From Paraspadella gotoi (taxonomy: Eukaryota > Animalia > Chaetognatha): a stretch of 64,000 nucleotides of DNA. This document shows, one piece after another, positions 1-15,064 of the stretch (positions within the stretch are counted from its first letter, which is position 1; each line of letters opens with the position of its first letter). The notes beneath the pieces are model-generated. The model was not told the DNA's origin. It did not search any database and saw nothing but the letters and a program-made list of their open reading frames with translations. Location: positions 18,872,628-18,936,627 of the forward strand of contig CM119263.1 in assembly GCA_051294375.1 (NCBI GenBank), given 5' to 3'. A program made the translations under genes and the position numbers.

Positions 1-3000
1 ATTCCAGGTGGGGAAAGTTTTTTTAACCCTTACGATCTTTTAGTCCTCCGAGTTTTCCCTCTTTTATCCAGGCTACATGCACCTTTATGACTTAAGAGAG
101 GGTGCTACTCTTTTCATTTGAATTAAAAACAAATAATTAAATACCAAAAATGGTGGAAATAAATATAATTTTTTTTAGTGCAACTCTTTTTTGCTCTTAC
201 TTCTTAAACGATTTTGAACCTACAAATGAAAAGAGATACTTAAAAAAATTTATTGTAAATTTCTGAAAGTTTTTATAGAATCCTCCACTAAAGATGTGAT
301 ATACTTTTTTTCTAGGTGGTCATTTTTCATTACTTCGTCTATTTCTCTCTTCCATAGATACTTTGTTTTGAGTGGACACCAAGATACTTTCCTACCCTCA
401 TTTCACTAGATCACCTTTTTTTAGATTTCCGTCGTGAAGCCTCACACCCCAAACGCTCGTTCTTCGTTACGACATCCCTAAAACTCCTATTAGAGGTGAG
501 TGTGAACGTAACTTCGACTCAGACTTTGCGCTAATCTTCAGGATTTTTAACAAATCAGTTGCAAATCGAAGCGCCGCAGTGATGGGCCTCTCGGCAGAAA
601 ATGACCCATTGCACTTCTTCTTGACCTCTTTGGACGAAACTAACAAAAAATGGGCTGGCAAATGCCTAAAAGTTAGTGATCCTGTGGCATTCTACTGGGC
701 ATCTCTTTTGCGAGTCTTTTTTGTTTACGTTTATTTTTTGAGATGCTTCGATGTTGAACCATTTTACAAAAAACACTTTTATTTTCCTCATAATTTTTAG
801 TCAGGTGTTAAACAAATTTTTCTCTGTAATGTCTTTAATATTATTTGGTTCTCCCCGACCACGTTGCTTGGAAGCGATAGAAATGTTCATATTTTTGAAA
901 TCTCACGGACCACTCGTAGTTAAATAATTCTATACATATAACAAGTTGTTCCTAAATTGTTCTTCTTGACTGGGTTTCGATTTCTTTTATGCCTGGGATA
1001 TCTCCTTCCATTTCCTTCGATCTGTTCTCCTTATTCTTCCTCATTCCTTATTCTCCTCCGCAGCACTCTTTGCAAGGAAGGCTTCGGTTTCCGCTGATCA
1101 ACCGTCCCTCGTGAGACGTGAAAGCGTGAGCTTCGCCTGTGAATTGAAAATAGAATCCAACAAACAGAGTCTCCGCTGTTGAATCGTGAGACGGAAAATC
1201 GCAGAGGGGGAGACAAAGCGAAAGTTGCTCCGATCTCAAAGGATTCTCTGCCTTTTAGACCGAGGACGCGGGAGTCAGCGTGCGCTCGGCGGCGCGACGC
1301 GGACTGAAGGGCTTGGACGTTACTCCGCGCCTCCAAAATGTAAATCCTTAAATCCGCAACGGAGTGTGGTGTAAATCCTGAGCAGCGAGCACGCAAATTT
1401 CGTCGGATTCTTTTGACCTTTCGACTAAAGGGGTAAATAACAGTCGGTGCTTTGCTCCTGGTTCGTCGGCCGGTTGTGTCGTCTCATTCTGTCGTTGTTG
1501 TTAGGTTTCGTGTTGCCAACTCGTATGTGTCTTTCAAGTTTTTCTCTTTTTTCTTATCGGTCGATTACAAGGAAATGACGGACGCAGACTGTTTTGTTTT
1601 TTTTTCGAACTCGGGGCCGTTATTATCGCGGCTGACACAGAGCAACGATCCGTTATCAAGTCGGTCCTGGAGAGTCTTGACTTATTCGTCGTCGGTCCTT
1701 GTCTCTATTTCTTGTTCTTGAGTTGGTTTGGCCTGCGGGAACTGACCTAGAACTTTCGGATTTGTCCTTCGCATCTCTTGCATTGATTCATAGGGGCCCT
1801 TTTGACGTGTCTTGTTCGGGCATCATCTTCTTGTCTTCCCGTCGTTCGTCGTCGTTCGCGTCGCTCGCCGTGGTTTATCGGCATCATCGTTGTCGGTCGT
1901 CGCGCTAAACGAGGCGATTTAGTCGGGATCGTTTCGATTAGCGAGAAGCAAATTCCGATTTCGCAAAAAAGAAACCGCCATAAGAAAAACAAAAGAAGAA
2001 AGGCGACAAGGGAGCACCGTTTACATCAAGCGCCCAACCGGAAAACGATAAAAACGCGACGCGACGTTTCTTTTTTTTAGTTTTTTCATTCTTCTCTCTG
2101 TTTTATTTACTTTCGTAGCGAAGCGGAACAGAAAAGTGTTCTGTGTGTTGAGACAAAGGAAAATTCATCAGATCTCTCTCTCTCTTTCAAGGAGGTTATT
2201 GTTATTCGCCATGCAGTGGTGCAGAGTTGTTGGGTGGCGATTGGCTGGCGTTGACGTCTGATTTTTATCGAGCCTACCGCGAAGCCGGTTCAGGCCGATT
2301 ATTATTCGCGTAGTTCTTTTGTGTCGGCTCGTCGCGTCGTCTGTCACGCATTTTTTATTAAAAACTCTACGCTTTCTATGTTTTGGCTGGATTACCGTTT
2401 TTTTTCATAAAATTTACTAAAATTACAAATGAATTTATAAGTTGCTGCGATCATAGTAGTTAAAATTTAGATATGGGCCTTCTCTATCTTGAATAGCTCT
2501 TGAGAATTTTCAAGTATTTTTTGTTTGAATTTCATTTCATTTTGATTTTACTGCATTGAATGAGGATCTTAGTATCTATTTAACTATCCAATTAGTATTA
2601 TAGAGAAGTTTATCTAATATCGATACTTGCAGTATAAATATGTGAAGGATGAATTCGCGACAAAAATTTGAATCAATAAAAAAAACACTGTGAAATCAAC
2701 AAGACCTTTTTAATGAGAAAGCTATATTCTTTTTTATACAAATAAAAACCATAAATCTTTTACCAGCTATGATTGGAAAATACTCGTGTAAAAATTTGCA
2801 TTGTAAACAATTGTACATTTTTACTTTTTTTTTACCTTTCTTTTTCTTTCTTTAATTTTTTTTTTTCAGTTTGCTGCTTTTCTGACCCTTAACGAGTTCG
2901 CCTGCAGTGATGTTCTGTCAGTTTGCCTTGCCCAGCGGTTTGTCGTTCTGTCTCTCTCTCTGCTTTTCTTTTCTGTGCTCCTCTTCTGTACGATTTTGGA

Positions 3001-4256
3001 TGTGATTTTTTGACAAATTTTGTTTTTTTTTCTTTAAAATTTTATTATCGCCCTTTATTCCGGATTTTTTTCAATGCAAAATCGGCATTTACTGCGATTT
3101 TTCGTGGATTTATTCTCTTTTTTCTTCTCTCTTTTCTTCTTCTCTTTCACTATACACGATTTGTTTGTTTTATTTTGATGTTACTTATGACTTCAGTATC
3201 AGATGAATGATTATCATTCACATCAATGAATGACTATCATCGCATAACCATTTGGTGTATTATCACATCATTCATTTTGGTTATTCATCCACATCATCAT
3301 TTTGGTTATCATCGCATCAATTATTGGTTATCATCGCATTCAATATTGCTTATCATCGCATAATCATTGGTTATCATCGCACTCAATTATGTTGGTTTTC
3401 ATTGAAGGGAGGCTCGATCCTATTTTTAAGGATTTTTTTAGTTAGTATTTCGCTTTGTACCTGCTAAAAACTTCTTGAACAAGGGAAATATTTAGATTTT
3501 TTTCGGAATAGAAAAAGACAAGCGTACGCTGAAATTCTATGTTGCTACTTATCGGACTCCGGCAGCAGGAACGTATCACGTGGCACTGGGTTAAAACATT
3601 TTCGATCTCTAGTCCTTCGCTACTTAAAACAATTTCACTTAAACACTTGAACTGAACATTACAGAGTCAGTTTTAGTATATAACGGTAAAATTAGCAACT
3701 GCAAGTTACATGTGAATGTCAAATTCCTTTTCTTGCGCTTCAATGATTCCTCCAAGGACGAGGTTCTGATTTGTTCTCCAAAATGTGGGGGGAGCAGACT
3801 CTTTCTTTCTCCGAAAACCACATCTGCTCTCTGTTCGCAGCACGAAAAAAATCTAGACGCCGAATAATTCTGTAAACAAATGCATATCACCACCACCCGC
3901 CAAGCCCAAACTCTCACACTCCGTGCTAATCCCACTGCGCCAGAATTTTGGGAAAAACCAAAAATTGAAGATACGGTGATAGATTGAAAAAAGAACAACT
4001 AAGTATTAAGCGGCCGATACAGTAATTAAGACACTCGAAAAAAAAAACAAAAATAATTAGATTCGCCCAGCCAGGAACGGTTCCAGCCGAAAAAAAAATT
4101 TTGACTGCAAGAAGAAAAAAAAAGAAGAAAAATTCGAACCACCTGAGGGGAAAAAGAATTCCGAGTTCGGACCGTATTTTTGGCAGTTTAAACAATTCAT
4201 ACTTGAGGTGAACAATCCGAAATTCACATTTTTATTCTCCTCTCTTTTTCTCTCTA

Positions 4257-4302
<46 letters not shown>

Positions 4303-4305
4303 TCT

Positions 4306-4336
<31 letters not shown>

Positions 4337-4674
4337 TTCGCTTTGCTCTGAAAAATGAAAAAAATGATTTTGTTAAAAATCGCAGAGGGAAAAAGAATTG
4401 CCCGTGATGCGTGTTTCGTTTAAGTCTGCCTTCTGTTTATAAAAAGATAAATTAAAATATAACATTGATATACAGACAGAGAGAATGTTAATATTTGAGC
4501 TTGTGAGACTTCACCACCTCACTACCGGAACCTAAAAATCGAGTTATCATCGCCGACTGAACAATTTTATGATCTTCGGGCCTTCATCCAGTCCGCCCGC
4601 GCATGTGAACGTCGCTCGCAGAACGTCAGCGACCTGCGACCGACGTCGCACCTACTCTCTAGACTACTAACTCT

Positions 4675-4713
<39 letters not shown>

Positions 4714-4892
4714 TACTACTCCTCTCATCTCTCTCTCTCTTCTCCATTCTCATCCAATTGTTTCAGGGGAAGGTTTCCGATCTCCAAAACAACTCGGCAA
4801 TTAACTTGGCGAAGCGGGAGAGAAAAAAAAATTTCAATCGACACGCCCCCTCCCTCCGCGAAATACTCTCTCTCTCTCTCGATCCTCTCTCT

Positions 4893-4941
<49 letters not shown>

Positions 4942-6693
4942 CTCTCTCTCTCCTCATCACATATCCTCCCTCTCTCTCCCTCCCTCTCTTCTCTCTCCGA
5001 AAAGACCGGCCCGCCGTTAATTCCGTCCAAATTTCTCACTTCAGGGCCCTCGTTCCCGTCGGACCATTCGCCGAAGGCCCGCGTTTTATGCACCAATAAT
5101 GATGACCCCGATCCAGACCGCGACTAGGATTTTGCAGAAGCAGAACCTCGTGTGTCTCTGTTTGGCTTTTTGGTCGCGAGCCTCGCGTTGACACCGGGTT
5201 TTCTTCATCTTCGCACTAATCCCTCTACCCCTTGCGTTCTTTCCATAATGTCTGTCCTCCATTTAGTTATTTTGCCATTTTCTTATCCTATTTCCGCATT
5301 GTTATATCTCCTTTACATTTCACCTCACTTAGCGCTTCGCTAAAATCCCCTTTTCATTCTTTTTCTTTCTCTGACTTTCATTCCTTAACGTGTTTTTTTC
5401 CCCCTTTGACACAATATCCGCCCTCTTCATCTCCATACTTCTTTATTCCTCCCTTTTAATCTGCAACACCTCGCCAGTCCTCGCCTTAATATCTTCGTTT
5501 CAATCTCCATCCCATTTCTCCTCTTTTTCTCAACCACGCCTCCATCTTCTATCTATCCAAACTCTTCCATATCGATCATCCATCCAGCCCCAACCACCGT
5601 CCGTCCCACACTACTCGCACACCTCCACACGTTTCCGCTCCCGCATTCTCCCGATTCACCACCTCAATCACACCTAATCCTTTTTCTTCCCTTTCAGTCC
5701 GACGACGCCCATCTATCTTCCGCATCTTCTCAGGTGGAGAGAAGAAAAACCCGCGAATAACCTTTCTTTCTTCTTTTGAGAGAACGAAGGCCTTCTCGAT
5801 AGACGTGGCGCCGGCGCGAGGGACGACGACGACGACGACGACGGACGACGACGACGACGATGACGACGACGAAAAAAAATGCTTTAAAAAAAAAAAACCC
5901 GGNNNNNNNNNNNNNNNNNNNNNNNNNTCAAAAGAAGAAGAAAGGTTTTCGCGGGTTTTTCTTTCTCTCACCTGAAGAGACGGAGATAGAGGGCGTCGTC
6001 GGACTGAAAGGGAAGAAAAAGGATTAGTGTGATTGGGGTGAATCGGTGAATGAGCGAACGTGGTGGATGTGTGAATGGGTGGACGGCGGTTGGGGCTGGA
6101 TGGATGATCGATATGAAGAGTTGAAAAAATATGGGAGGCGTGGTTGAAAAAAAAAGAGGGAAAGGGATGAGAGATGAAACGAAGATATTAAGGCGAGGAC
6201 TGGCGAGGTGTTGTCAGATAAAAAGGAGGTAAAAAAGATGAGAGATGAAGAGGCGGATATTGTGTCAAAGGGGGAAAAAAACACGTTAACGGAATGAAAG
6301 TCAGAGAAAGAAAAAGAATGAAAAGGGGATTTAGAAGCGAATGAGGTGAAATGAAAGAATATTACAAATGTGGAAATAGATAAGAAAATTGGCAAAATAA
6401 CTAAATCGAGGCACAGACGGATGGAAAGACGCAAGGGAGAGGGATTAGGCGAAAGATGAAAGAAAACCCGGTGCAACGCGAGGCTCGCGACCAAAAAAGC
6501 CAAACAGACACCACGAGTTCTGCCTTCTGCAAAATCCTACGCGTCTGGATCGGGGTCTATCATTATTATGCATAAAACCGGGCCTTCGGCCGAATGTCGA
6601 CGGGCGAGGCCCTGAATGAGAATTGGACGGAAATTAACGCGGGCCGGTCTTTTCGGAAAGAAGAGAGGGAGGAGAGAGAGAGGGAGGATATGT

Positions 6694-6766
<73 letters not shown>

Positions 6767-6879
6767 GAAGAGAGAGAGATATTTCGCAGGAGGGGGTTCG
6801 ATTAAATTTTTTTTCCTCCCCGCTTCCCAATTAATTGCGAGTTTGAATCGGAAACCCTCCCCTGAAAACATTGGATGAG

Positions 6880-6923
<44 letters not shown>

Positions 6924-9900
6924 AGAGAGAAGAGAAGGAGAGAGAGAGAGAAGAGAGAGAGAATCCGTTACCGGTGGCCGCATGTGGCGCTGACGTCTGC
7001 GAGCGACGTTCACATCCGGGCCGGGATGGATGAAGCCCGAAGATCATAAAATTGTTCAGCGGCGATGATAAACTCGGATTTTTAGGTTCCGGTTGTGAGG
7101 TGGTGAAGTCTCACAGCTCAAATATAACATTCTCTCTGTCTGTATATCAATGTATATTTAATTTATCTTTTATAAACAGAAGGCAGACTTAAAACGAAAC
7201 ACGCATCACGGGCAATTCCTTTTTCCTCTGCGATTTGACAAAATCATTTTTTTCATTTTTTCAGAGCAAAGCGAAAGAGAGGAGAGGAGAGGATGACCGA
7301 GAGAGAAGATGAGAGAGACGAGAGAGAGAGAGAGAGAGAGGAGGAGGAGAGAAGCAGAGAGAGAGAGAGTGAGGAAGAGAGAGAATAAAATGTGAATTTC
7401 GGATTGTTCACCCAAGTTGAATTGTTTACTGCCAAAAAATACGTCCGACTTGGAATTCTTTTTCTCCCCTCGGTGGTGTCGAAATTTTTCTTCTTTTTTT
7501 TTCTTCTTGCAGTCAAAATTTTTTTTCGGCTGGAACCGTTCCGTCGAATCTAATTAGTTTTTGTTTTTTTTCGTCTTAATTACTTTCGCCGCTAATACTT
7601 ATTTTTTCTCTTCCAAATTTTTGGTTTTTCCCAAAAATTCTGCCGACAGAATTTTTTTGTTATCAGAAATTATTCGGCGTCTAGATTTTTTTCGTGGCTG
7701 CGAAACAGAGAGCAGATGTGGTTTCGAGAAGAGAAGAGTCTGCTCCCACATTTTGGAGAACAAATCAGAACCTCGTCCTTGGAGGAATCATTGAACAAGA
7801 AGGAAATTTGACATTCACATGTAACTTCAGTTGCTAATTTTACTCGTTACTAAACTGACTCTGAATGTTCAGTTCAAGTGTTTAAGTGAAATTGTTTTAT
7901 AGCGAAAGCTGATCGAAAATGTTTTAACCCATCCACGTGATATTCCTGCTCCGATCCGTAAGTAAAAAAATTTCAGCGTACAGTTGTCTTTTTTCTATTC
8001 CGAAAAAAATCTATATTTTCCTTGTTCAAAGTTTTTAGCAGGTACAAGCGAAATTACTACTAAAAAAATCTTAAAAGAATAGGATCGAGCCTCCCTTCAA
8101 TGAAAACCAAATATTGATGCGATGATAACCAAATGATTGATGCGATGATAACCAAATATTGATGCGATGATAACCAATAATTGATGCGATGATAACCAAA
8201 TGATCGATGTGATGATAACCAAATGATTGATGTGATAATAACCAAATGGTTGATGCGATGATAGTCATTCATTGATGTGATGATAATCATTCATTGATAC
8301 TATGATAGTCATTTAATGAATCATTCATCATAAATAAAACAAACAAATGCGTGTATGAGTGAAAGAGAGAGAGAAAGAGAGAGAGAAAGAAAGAGAATAA
8401 ATCCACGAAAATCTCGCATGTAAATTTGGGATTTTGCATTGAAAAAAAATCGCGGAATAAAGGGCGATAATAAAAGTTTTTAAAAGGAAAAAAATAATCA
8501 AAATTTTTCAAAAAACGATCACGCAAAAGATCGTACAGAGAGAGAGAGACAGAAAGAGAAAGACAGAGAGAGACAGAAAGCTGGACAACCGCTGGAAGGC
8601 AACTGAACAGTGAACAGTCACTGCAGAGTCTGAACTCGTTTTTGAAGGGTTCAGAAAAGGCAGCAACTGAAAAAAAAAAATTTAAAGAAAGAAAAGAAAG
8701 TAAAAAAAATGTTACAATTGTTTACAATTGCAAATTTTTACAATTTTTTCCAATCATAGCTTGTAAAAGATTTTATTTTTATTTGTATTAAAATTAAGAT
8801 ATAGCTTCTCATTAAAAAGGTCTTTTGATTTCACATGTTTTTTTATTGATTCAAAGATTTGTTTAGGAATTTCATCTTCAATATTATTTACTGCAATATG
8901 TAAATTAGATTAAAGCATTTCTATATACTAATTTGGATATTAAAATGAGTACTATAATCTCATTTGCATATTGCAGTAAATCAAAATGAAATGGAAATTC
9001 AAACAAAAAATACTTGAAAATTTCAGAGCTATTTCAAGATGAGAAGCCATATCTAAATTTTTAACTTACTATGATCGCACACTTTTATAAAACTTCATTG
9101 TAATTTATAATAATTTTTATTTGAAAAAAACGGTAAGTCCCAGCCAAAACTATAAAAGCGTAGTAGTTTTTATATAAAAATGCGTGACGACGACGACGAC
9201 GACGTTACAAAGAAGCTGACCCGAATCAATATCGAGCCTGAACCGGCTTCGCCGGTAGGCTCGATAAAAATGAGACGTCACGCAGCCAATCGCCCAAACA
9301 ACTCTCACCACTCTGGCGAATACAAAATAACCTCCTTGGAAAGAGAGAGAGAGATCTGAGTGAATTTTCCTTTGTCTACAACACAGACACTTTTCTGTTC
9401 CGCCTTCGCGACGGAAAGTAAATAAAACAGAGAGAAAAGAATAAAACTAAAAAAAAAACGAGTCGCGTCGTTCGCGTCGTTTTATCGTTTTCCGTTGGCG
9501 CTATGTAAACGTGCTCTTCCTTTTCTTTTTTTTCCTTTTTCTTTTTTTTTTTTTTTTCTTATGCCTTTTTTTTTGCGAAATCGAATTTGCTTCTCGCGAT
9601 CGAAACGATCCCGACATAAATCGCCTCGTTTAGCGCGACGACCGACAACGATGATGCCGATAAACACGGCGACGACGACGACGACGACGACGGGGAAGAC
9701 GAAGATGATGACGACGAAGACGACGTCAACAGAGGGCGCCTATTGAATCAATGCGAAGAGATTGCGAAGGACAAATCCGAAGTTCTAGGTTCAGTTCCCG
9801 CAGGCAAACCGAGCGCCATTTTCTAATCTTCAAGAACTCAAGACAATGACGACGACGACCGAAATGAAGATACAGAAAACTTCGCCGAGGATCCGATCTT

Positions 9901-11500
9901 GATAACGGGATCGTTGCTCCGTGATAATAACGGCCCCAGTTCGAAAAAAACAAAAACAGATCTGCGTCCTCTTTCCTTTTAATCCGATAAGAGAAAAAAA
10001 AGTAAACTTGAAGACATATAGTTGGCAACGACAACCTAACAACAACGACGAGGAAATTGACGACGACAACGACGACGACAGGAGCAAAGAATCCGATCGT
10101 TATTTACCCCCTTTAGTCGAAAGGTCAAAAGAATCCCGACGAAATTTGCGTCTCGCTGCTCAGGATTTACACAATTCGCTTCGGGATTTATAGGATTTAC
10201 AGTTTTGAGGCGCGAGTAACGTCGCACCTTTCAGTCCGCGTCGCGCCGTCGCGTAGCGCAGCGCTGCTCCGCGTTCCTCGGTCTAAGGCAGAGATCCTTT
10301 TGAGATTCGGAGCAACCTTTTCGCTTTTCTCCCCCCTCGCGATTTTCCCTCTCACGATTCACAGCGAGACTCTGTTGTTGGACGATTTTCAATTCACAAC
10401 GAAGCTCCGCTTCTCACGTCTCACGAAGGACGTTGATCACGGAAACGCGAAGGCACTTCCTTGGCAAAGAGGGCGGAGGGAGAATAAGGAATGAGGAGAA
10501 ATAAGGAGAACAGATCGGGAAGGAAATGGAAGGAGAATGTCCCAAGATAAAAGGAAAGAACCCGAAGTCAAGAGAACAATTTGGAACAATTGTATATGTA
10601 TGAATTATTAACTAGGAGTGTCCGAGATTTAAAAATGATACATTTTCTATCGTCTTCCAAGTCAACGTGGCGGGGAGAACCAAAAATATAAAGAATTAAA
10701 GAAAATATTGTTTTAACCTGCAAAAAATTATAGAAAAAAAAAGTTGTTTTTTTAATGTTCAAATCGAAGCATCCAAAAATAAACGTTAAACAAAAACGAG
10801 CTTCGCAAAAGTAGATGCCAGTAGATGCCACAAGTGGATCTCTACTTTTGCATTTTGCAGTCCCATTTTTTTGTTTCGCCAAAGAGCAAGAAGGAATTGG
10901 CAACGCCGAAGAGCGCCCATCACTCGCGGCTTCGATTTGCAAACTGATTTTAAAATCCTGAGATTAGCGCAAATCGAGGTCGAAGTTACGTATCAAACTC
11001 ACCTCAAAGGAGTGTTAGGTTTCGTAACGAGCGAGCGTTTGAGGGTGAGGCTCACGACGGAATCTAAAAAAGGTGAGCTCTAGTGAAATGAGGGTAGGAA
11101 AGTATGTTGGGTCCACTCAAAACAAGGTATGAGGAAAGAGAGAAATAGAGAGAGTATGAAAAATACCACCTAGGAAAAAAGTATATCACATCTTTAGTGG
11201 AGGATATCTACTCGAAAACTTTCAGAATTTACATTAAATTTTTTTTAGATGCTTTCTTTCATTTGTAGGTCAAATCGTTTAGAAGTTAGAGGCAAAAAAA
11301 GATTGCAACCTCAAAAAAAATTATATTTAGTTTTCCACCATTTTTGGTATTTAATTATTTGTTTTTAATTCAAATTGAAAAGGCAGTGCACCTCTCTTTA
11401 GTTCATAAAGGTGCTATCGTAGCTCTGAGAAAAGAGGGAACAACTCGGTGGAGGGACTGAAAAGAATTGCGTTAAGGGTGTGAAAAACATTTCACTGTGA
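1..11500. repeat. Large inverted duplication: arm 1 ~1-5779, arm 2 ~5928-11500, 25-N gap at 5903-5927
   Basis: The arms are reverse complements along their length, e.g. gaagggaggctcgatcc at ~3404 and ggatcgagcctcccttc at 8081. They differ mainly by scattered indels. Confidence 0.9.
3200..3400 (+). repeat. ~23-bp minisatellite (ttatcatcgcatcaatcatttgg), ~8 units; mirrored at ~8105-8310
   Basis: Tandem units are directly visible, and are cleaner in the mirrored copy (gatgcgatgataaccaaatgatt). Confidence 0.85.
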
Positions 11501-13228
11501 TACCTCAATTTGCTGTACAAGAGCATACCCAAACAAAATAGTCGATACTAAATATTAAGAATATTTTTTTTATATTTTGTATATTTTTTCTTGAATAAAT
11601 AAACTTTACAACAATTATGTGATATACTTTTTTCCTAGATAGTAAGTCATGCTGTTGATTTCAATTTAGTCAAATTCTTGAAAAAAAAAAATCATAAATG
11701 TCAGAATAAATCTTTTTAAATTTTCGTCTGAGATTTTCCTTTTCACGTAAAAAAAGGTAAGAAAAAAAATAAGCGTCGAGTAAAAGAGGGGGAAAAAAGT
11801 TACATTTTTTAAAAAAACTGGAATTCTGTGGGATTTTGAGATTCGCGAGATTTCTCCCGCCGAACCATTTATCAAACGATTCCGCTCGCACAATAACCGA
11901 GATTTGCGCCAACAGTGCAATCAAGCCTACTATTTCTCCCTTTCCTCACCTTTTTTTCCTTACCTCATTTTTCTTGCCGCGTTTATTCCGCTTTTTGCCT
12001 CTTTTATTATTTTTTCTAACTTTATTTTTTTGACTTTAGGAAAAACTTTCTTTTGAAAGGTTTATTCCAGTAAATTTAATTGTGAATGTAACTTTGAATG
12101 TAACTGTGAATGTAACTGTTGGCATAAGTATGTGTTTTTGTCATACATTCACGCTCTCTTCTCCTCTTCTTCTTCTTCTTGTTCTTCTTCTTCTTCTTCT
12201 CGTCTCTCTCTCTCTTCTCTCTCCTCTCTCTCTCTCTCTCTCTCTTCTTCTCTCTCTCTCTCGTAAATCCATCTTTAAAAAACATTCTTTCATTCCTTTT
12301 TCTATACAAACGTCGTCTCGAGCGGAACAAACGGAAAATTCGTGGCTTTCATATATAATTTAATTCAAAGCCTCTATTTTCCCCTTTTCTGTCTCTGTCT
12401 TTCTCTGTCTTTCTTTCTATTTCTCTTTCTGTTTTTATCATTAATTTTTAGTCCCTTTTTTTTAGCAGAGGGAAATAAAAAGCCGGAAGACGCGAAAAAA
12501 GTCTGGGGGAGGGGTAGGGGAAAGGGGAAAAAAGTCTGGGGAAGGGGTAGGGGAAAACGGAACAGGGGAACAGGGGATGGAGAAAGGGGATTGGAATGTA
12601 ATGAGGATGAGGGAGACAGTGAATGGGGTAGCGAAGTGTGAAAGAGGATGAGAGAAAGCGAAAAGGAAGGCGAGAGGATGTAATAGACCAGAGAAAAAAA
12701 AGGAAGGCGAAGGAAACGCTAAAAATGAAAAAAAAAAATCATGAAGAGAAAAATGAAAAAAAGAGAAATGATGAAAAAAAAAGTTTTAAAAAAAGTAATA
12801 AAATCAAAATGAAATTTAAAAATGCAAAACAAAAAAAATGAAAAGAGGTTGAGAGGAAGCGTTGATTATCCCGGCGTCGAGAGACGAAATTAATAAAAAA
12901 AAACAAAAAAAACTGGAAGCAATTTGATGCAATTTGATTCGACTTAATTATATTAAATAAGTTAAAAAAAGCTAATGAAGATTTAAGGTAATTTTTTCTC
13001 CGTCGACGCGGGAAATCAGAAGCGGTAATGATTTTTATGACGAAATGAAAATGTTTTCATAAATCGTTGGAATTATTGGAAGATGTACCTGCTCTGACTC
13101 TACAGAAAAATTATTCATACTGGAAAGGATTTCGATATTCAATTTAAAATTAAATCTTTGATCAAACCTTTTTTTAAAACTAAACGATTAAAACATGGAG
13201 CACACGAGGTACACATTCCTTTCTCTCT

Positions 13229-13311
<83 letters not shown>

Positions 13312-13514
13312 AATTATAAAAAAAAAAAAAAATCAGACGAACGAATCTCTCGCCAGAGGCGCTAGGACTCGAGTGAGATTTGAGATCAAGAGACAGAGTC
13401 CGTTTTTTGACTCTCATGAAGGTCACTGGGTCCGACGGAACGTTTTCTCCCTTCGCTCTTTTCAAACAAAAGATTCTTATCTCCGACTTACGATCTTTCA
13501 AGTTTAAGGATGGA

Positions 13515-13550
<36 letters not shown>

Positions 13551-13645
13551 AGAAAGAAGGAAAGAAAGAAAGAAAGAAAGAAGAAAGAAAGAAGAAAAAA
13601 GAAAGAAAGAAAAGAAAGAAAGAAAGAAAAAGAAAGAAAAAAAAA
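13515..13645 (+). repeat. (AAAG)n microsatellite; duplicate at ~17998-18140
   Basis: Imperfect tandem array. Confidence 0.9.
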
Positions 13646-15064
13646 GAATTAAACAAGGAAAGAGTTGTTTTAATTTAATTTTTTCCTGCCATTATATTTT
13701 TTTTATTTTTAATCTTTTTTAAGTTTAATATTTGTTCAAAGTGAGAGAAAACGGGACAAAGAAAATTCATTCGAAAATTCATTCGATTCACTTTCACTAG
13801 GATAGAAGTACTCAATAAAAAAAAAAACTATTTGTTTTTCCAGGATTTTCCAATTCTGGCCCCTTTGCCCAGCCCGTCCGAATCGAGCCAACCTGCCCGA
13901 TTTGTCCTTATCGAAGTTTATGCAAGAATTCCCGCCAACTCTCAGCCTCTGGCCACCGCGTTACTCCACTCGGGGCCCGGAAGGCCCGCTCGCAGAGATC
14001 CCGTTCGAAANNNNNNNNNNNNNNNNNNNNNNNNNAAGAAGAGAGATAGGGTAGGTACTGGGTTTGGGATTGAAACCGGTACCTAGTGGTCATGTAGCTG
14101 ATGGCTTTAACTCGATGAGCACCGGGTCACGACTGAAGGTGTCATGCTTATGATGATGAATGCCCGACTACAATTCGACCAATCAGAGACTCGTATTTGT
14201 TTCCGGCGATCATCCAAATTTTAAATAAAAACAAAAATATTTGTTTTTCTCTTCATTCTTTCAAGTCATAATCAATTATAATTGCTTTTAATATTGTTAT
14301 ATTTATTATTAGTTTTGGGTTTCTGTAACGTACTCTCGTTTGTTTTGTTAGAAAAACTGGTTGATATATCGGCGACTATCTCTTGCTGAGCATAAACGAT
14401 CATGAATCTTCATATGAAATATGAGATGACCTGAGAGATGAAACCGGTGATTATTTAGGTTAAGTTTGATTGAGGGAGGAAAAGAGAAAACGGCGATTGG
14501 AGGGGAGAGAGGAAAATGACCGAATTATGTAATTTTTTGCGATTCGGGTAAGTTCTACAAAAAGAAAAGAATTTATTATTTGTGACGAGGATCTACAAAA
14601 TATATTACTTAATTCCATTCCCATTCAACATGTTGATTTATTTAAGTTTAATTTGAGTTAGAGTAATTTAAGTTGAGTTTTCTCTTATTTGAATCTTCAA
14701 ATTCATTTATTTATATTTATTTAAAAAATGCAAAAAATATTAATTAGGACCCAAACGCAGCATTTTTATGTTTACGACCGCCTTTCTCCGCTCGATCGCG
14801 TCGGCGGCTTAAAATAAAAAAGACGTACGAAGGCCGAGCGCTGTTCAAACGTTTAGTGAACGCAAAAAAATTATTTTTATTCGATCGCGAATCTGTTTTT
14901 GCGAAGAGGGATGAAAAAACGGCGGGTTTTTGCCTGCCATTTCTAAACGCGTGTGACCAGATTGACTTTGAATTTTGCATGCGCAATATTGACATCCATT
15001 TCCTATCGATCGATATAAAAATATATAAGAAATGCCACGAACGGCGAAGATACTTGCATATCTA

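Noticed and set aside
3200-3400. CRISPR-like array (also 27725-27860 and 61450-61720)
   Set aside because: Head-to-tail tandem units without unique spacers, in a eukaryotic context with no cas genes.
4725-7047. ERERER/SLSLSL ORFs here and throughout the track
   Set aside because: They are translations of (GA)n/(CT)n and other microsatellites, with no domain content.
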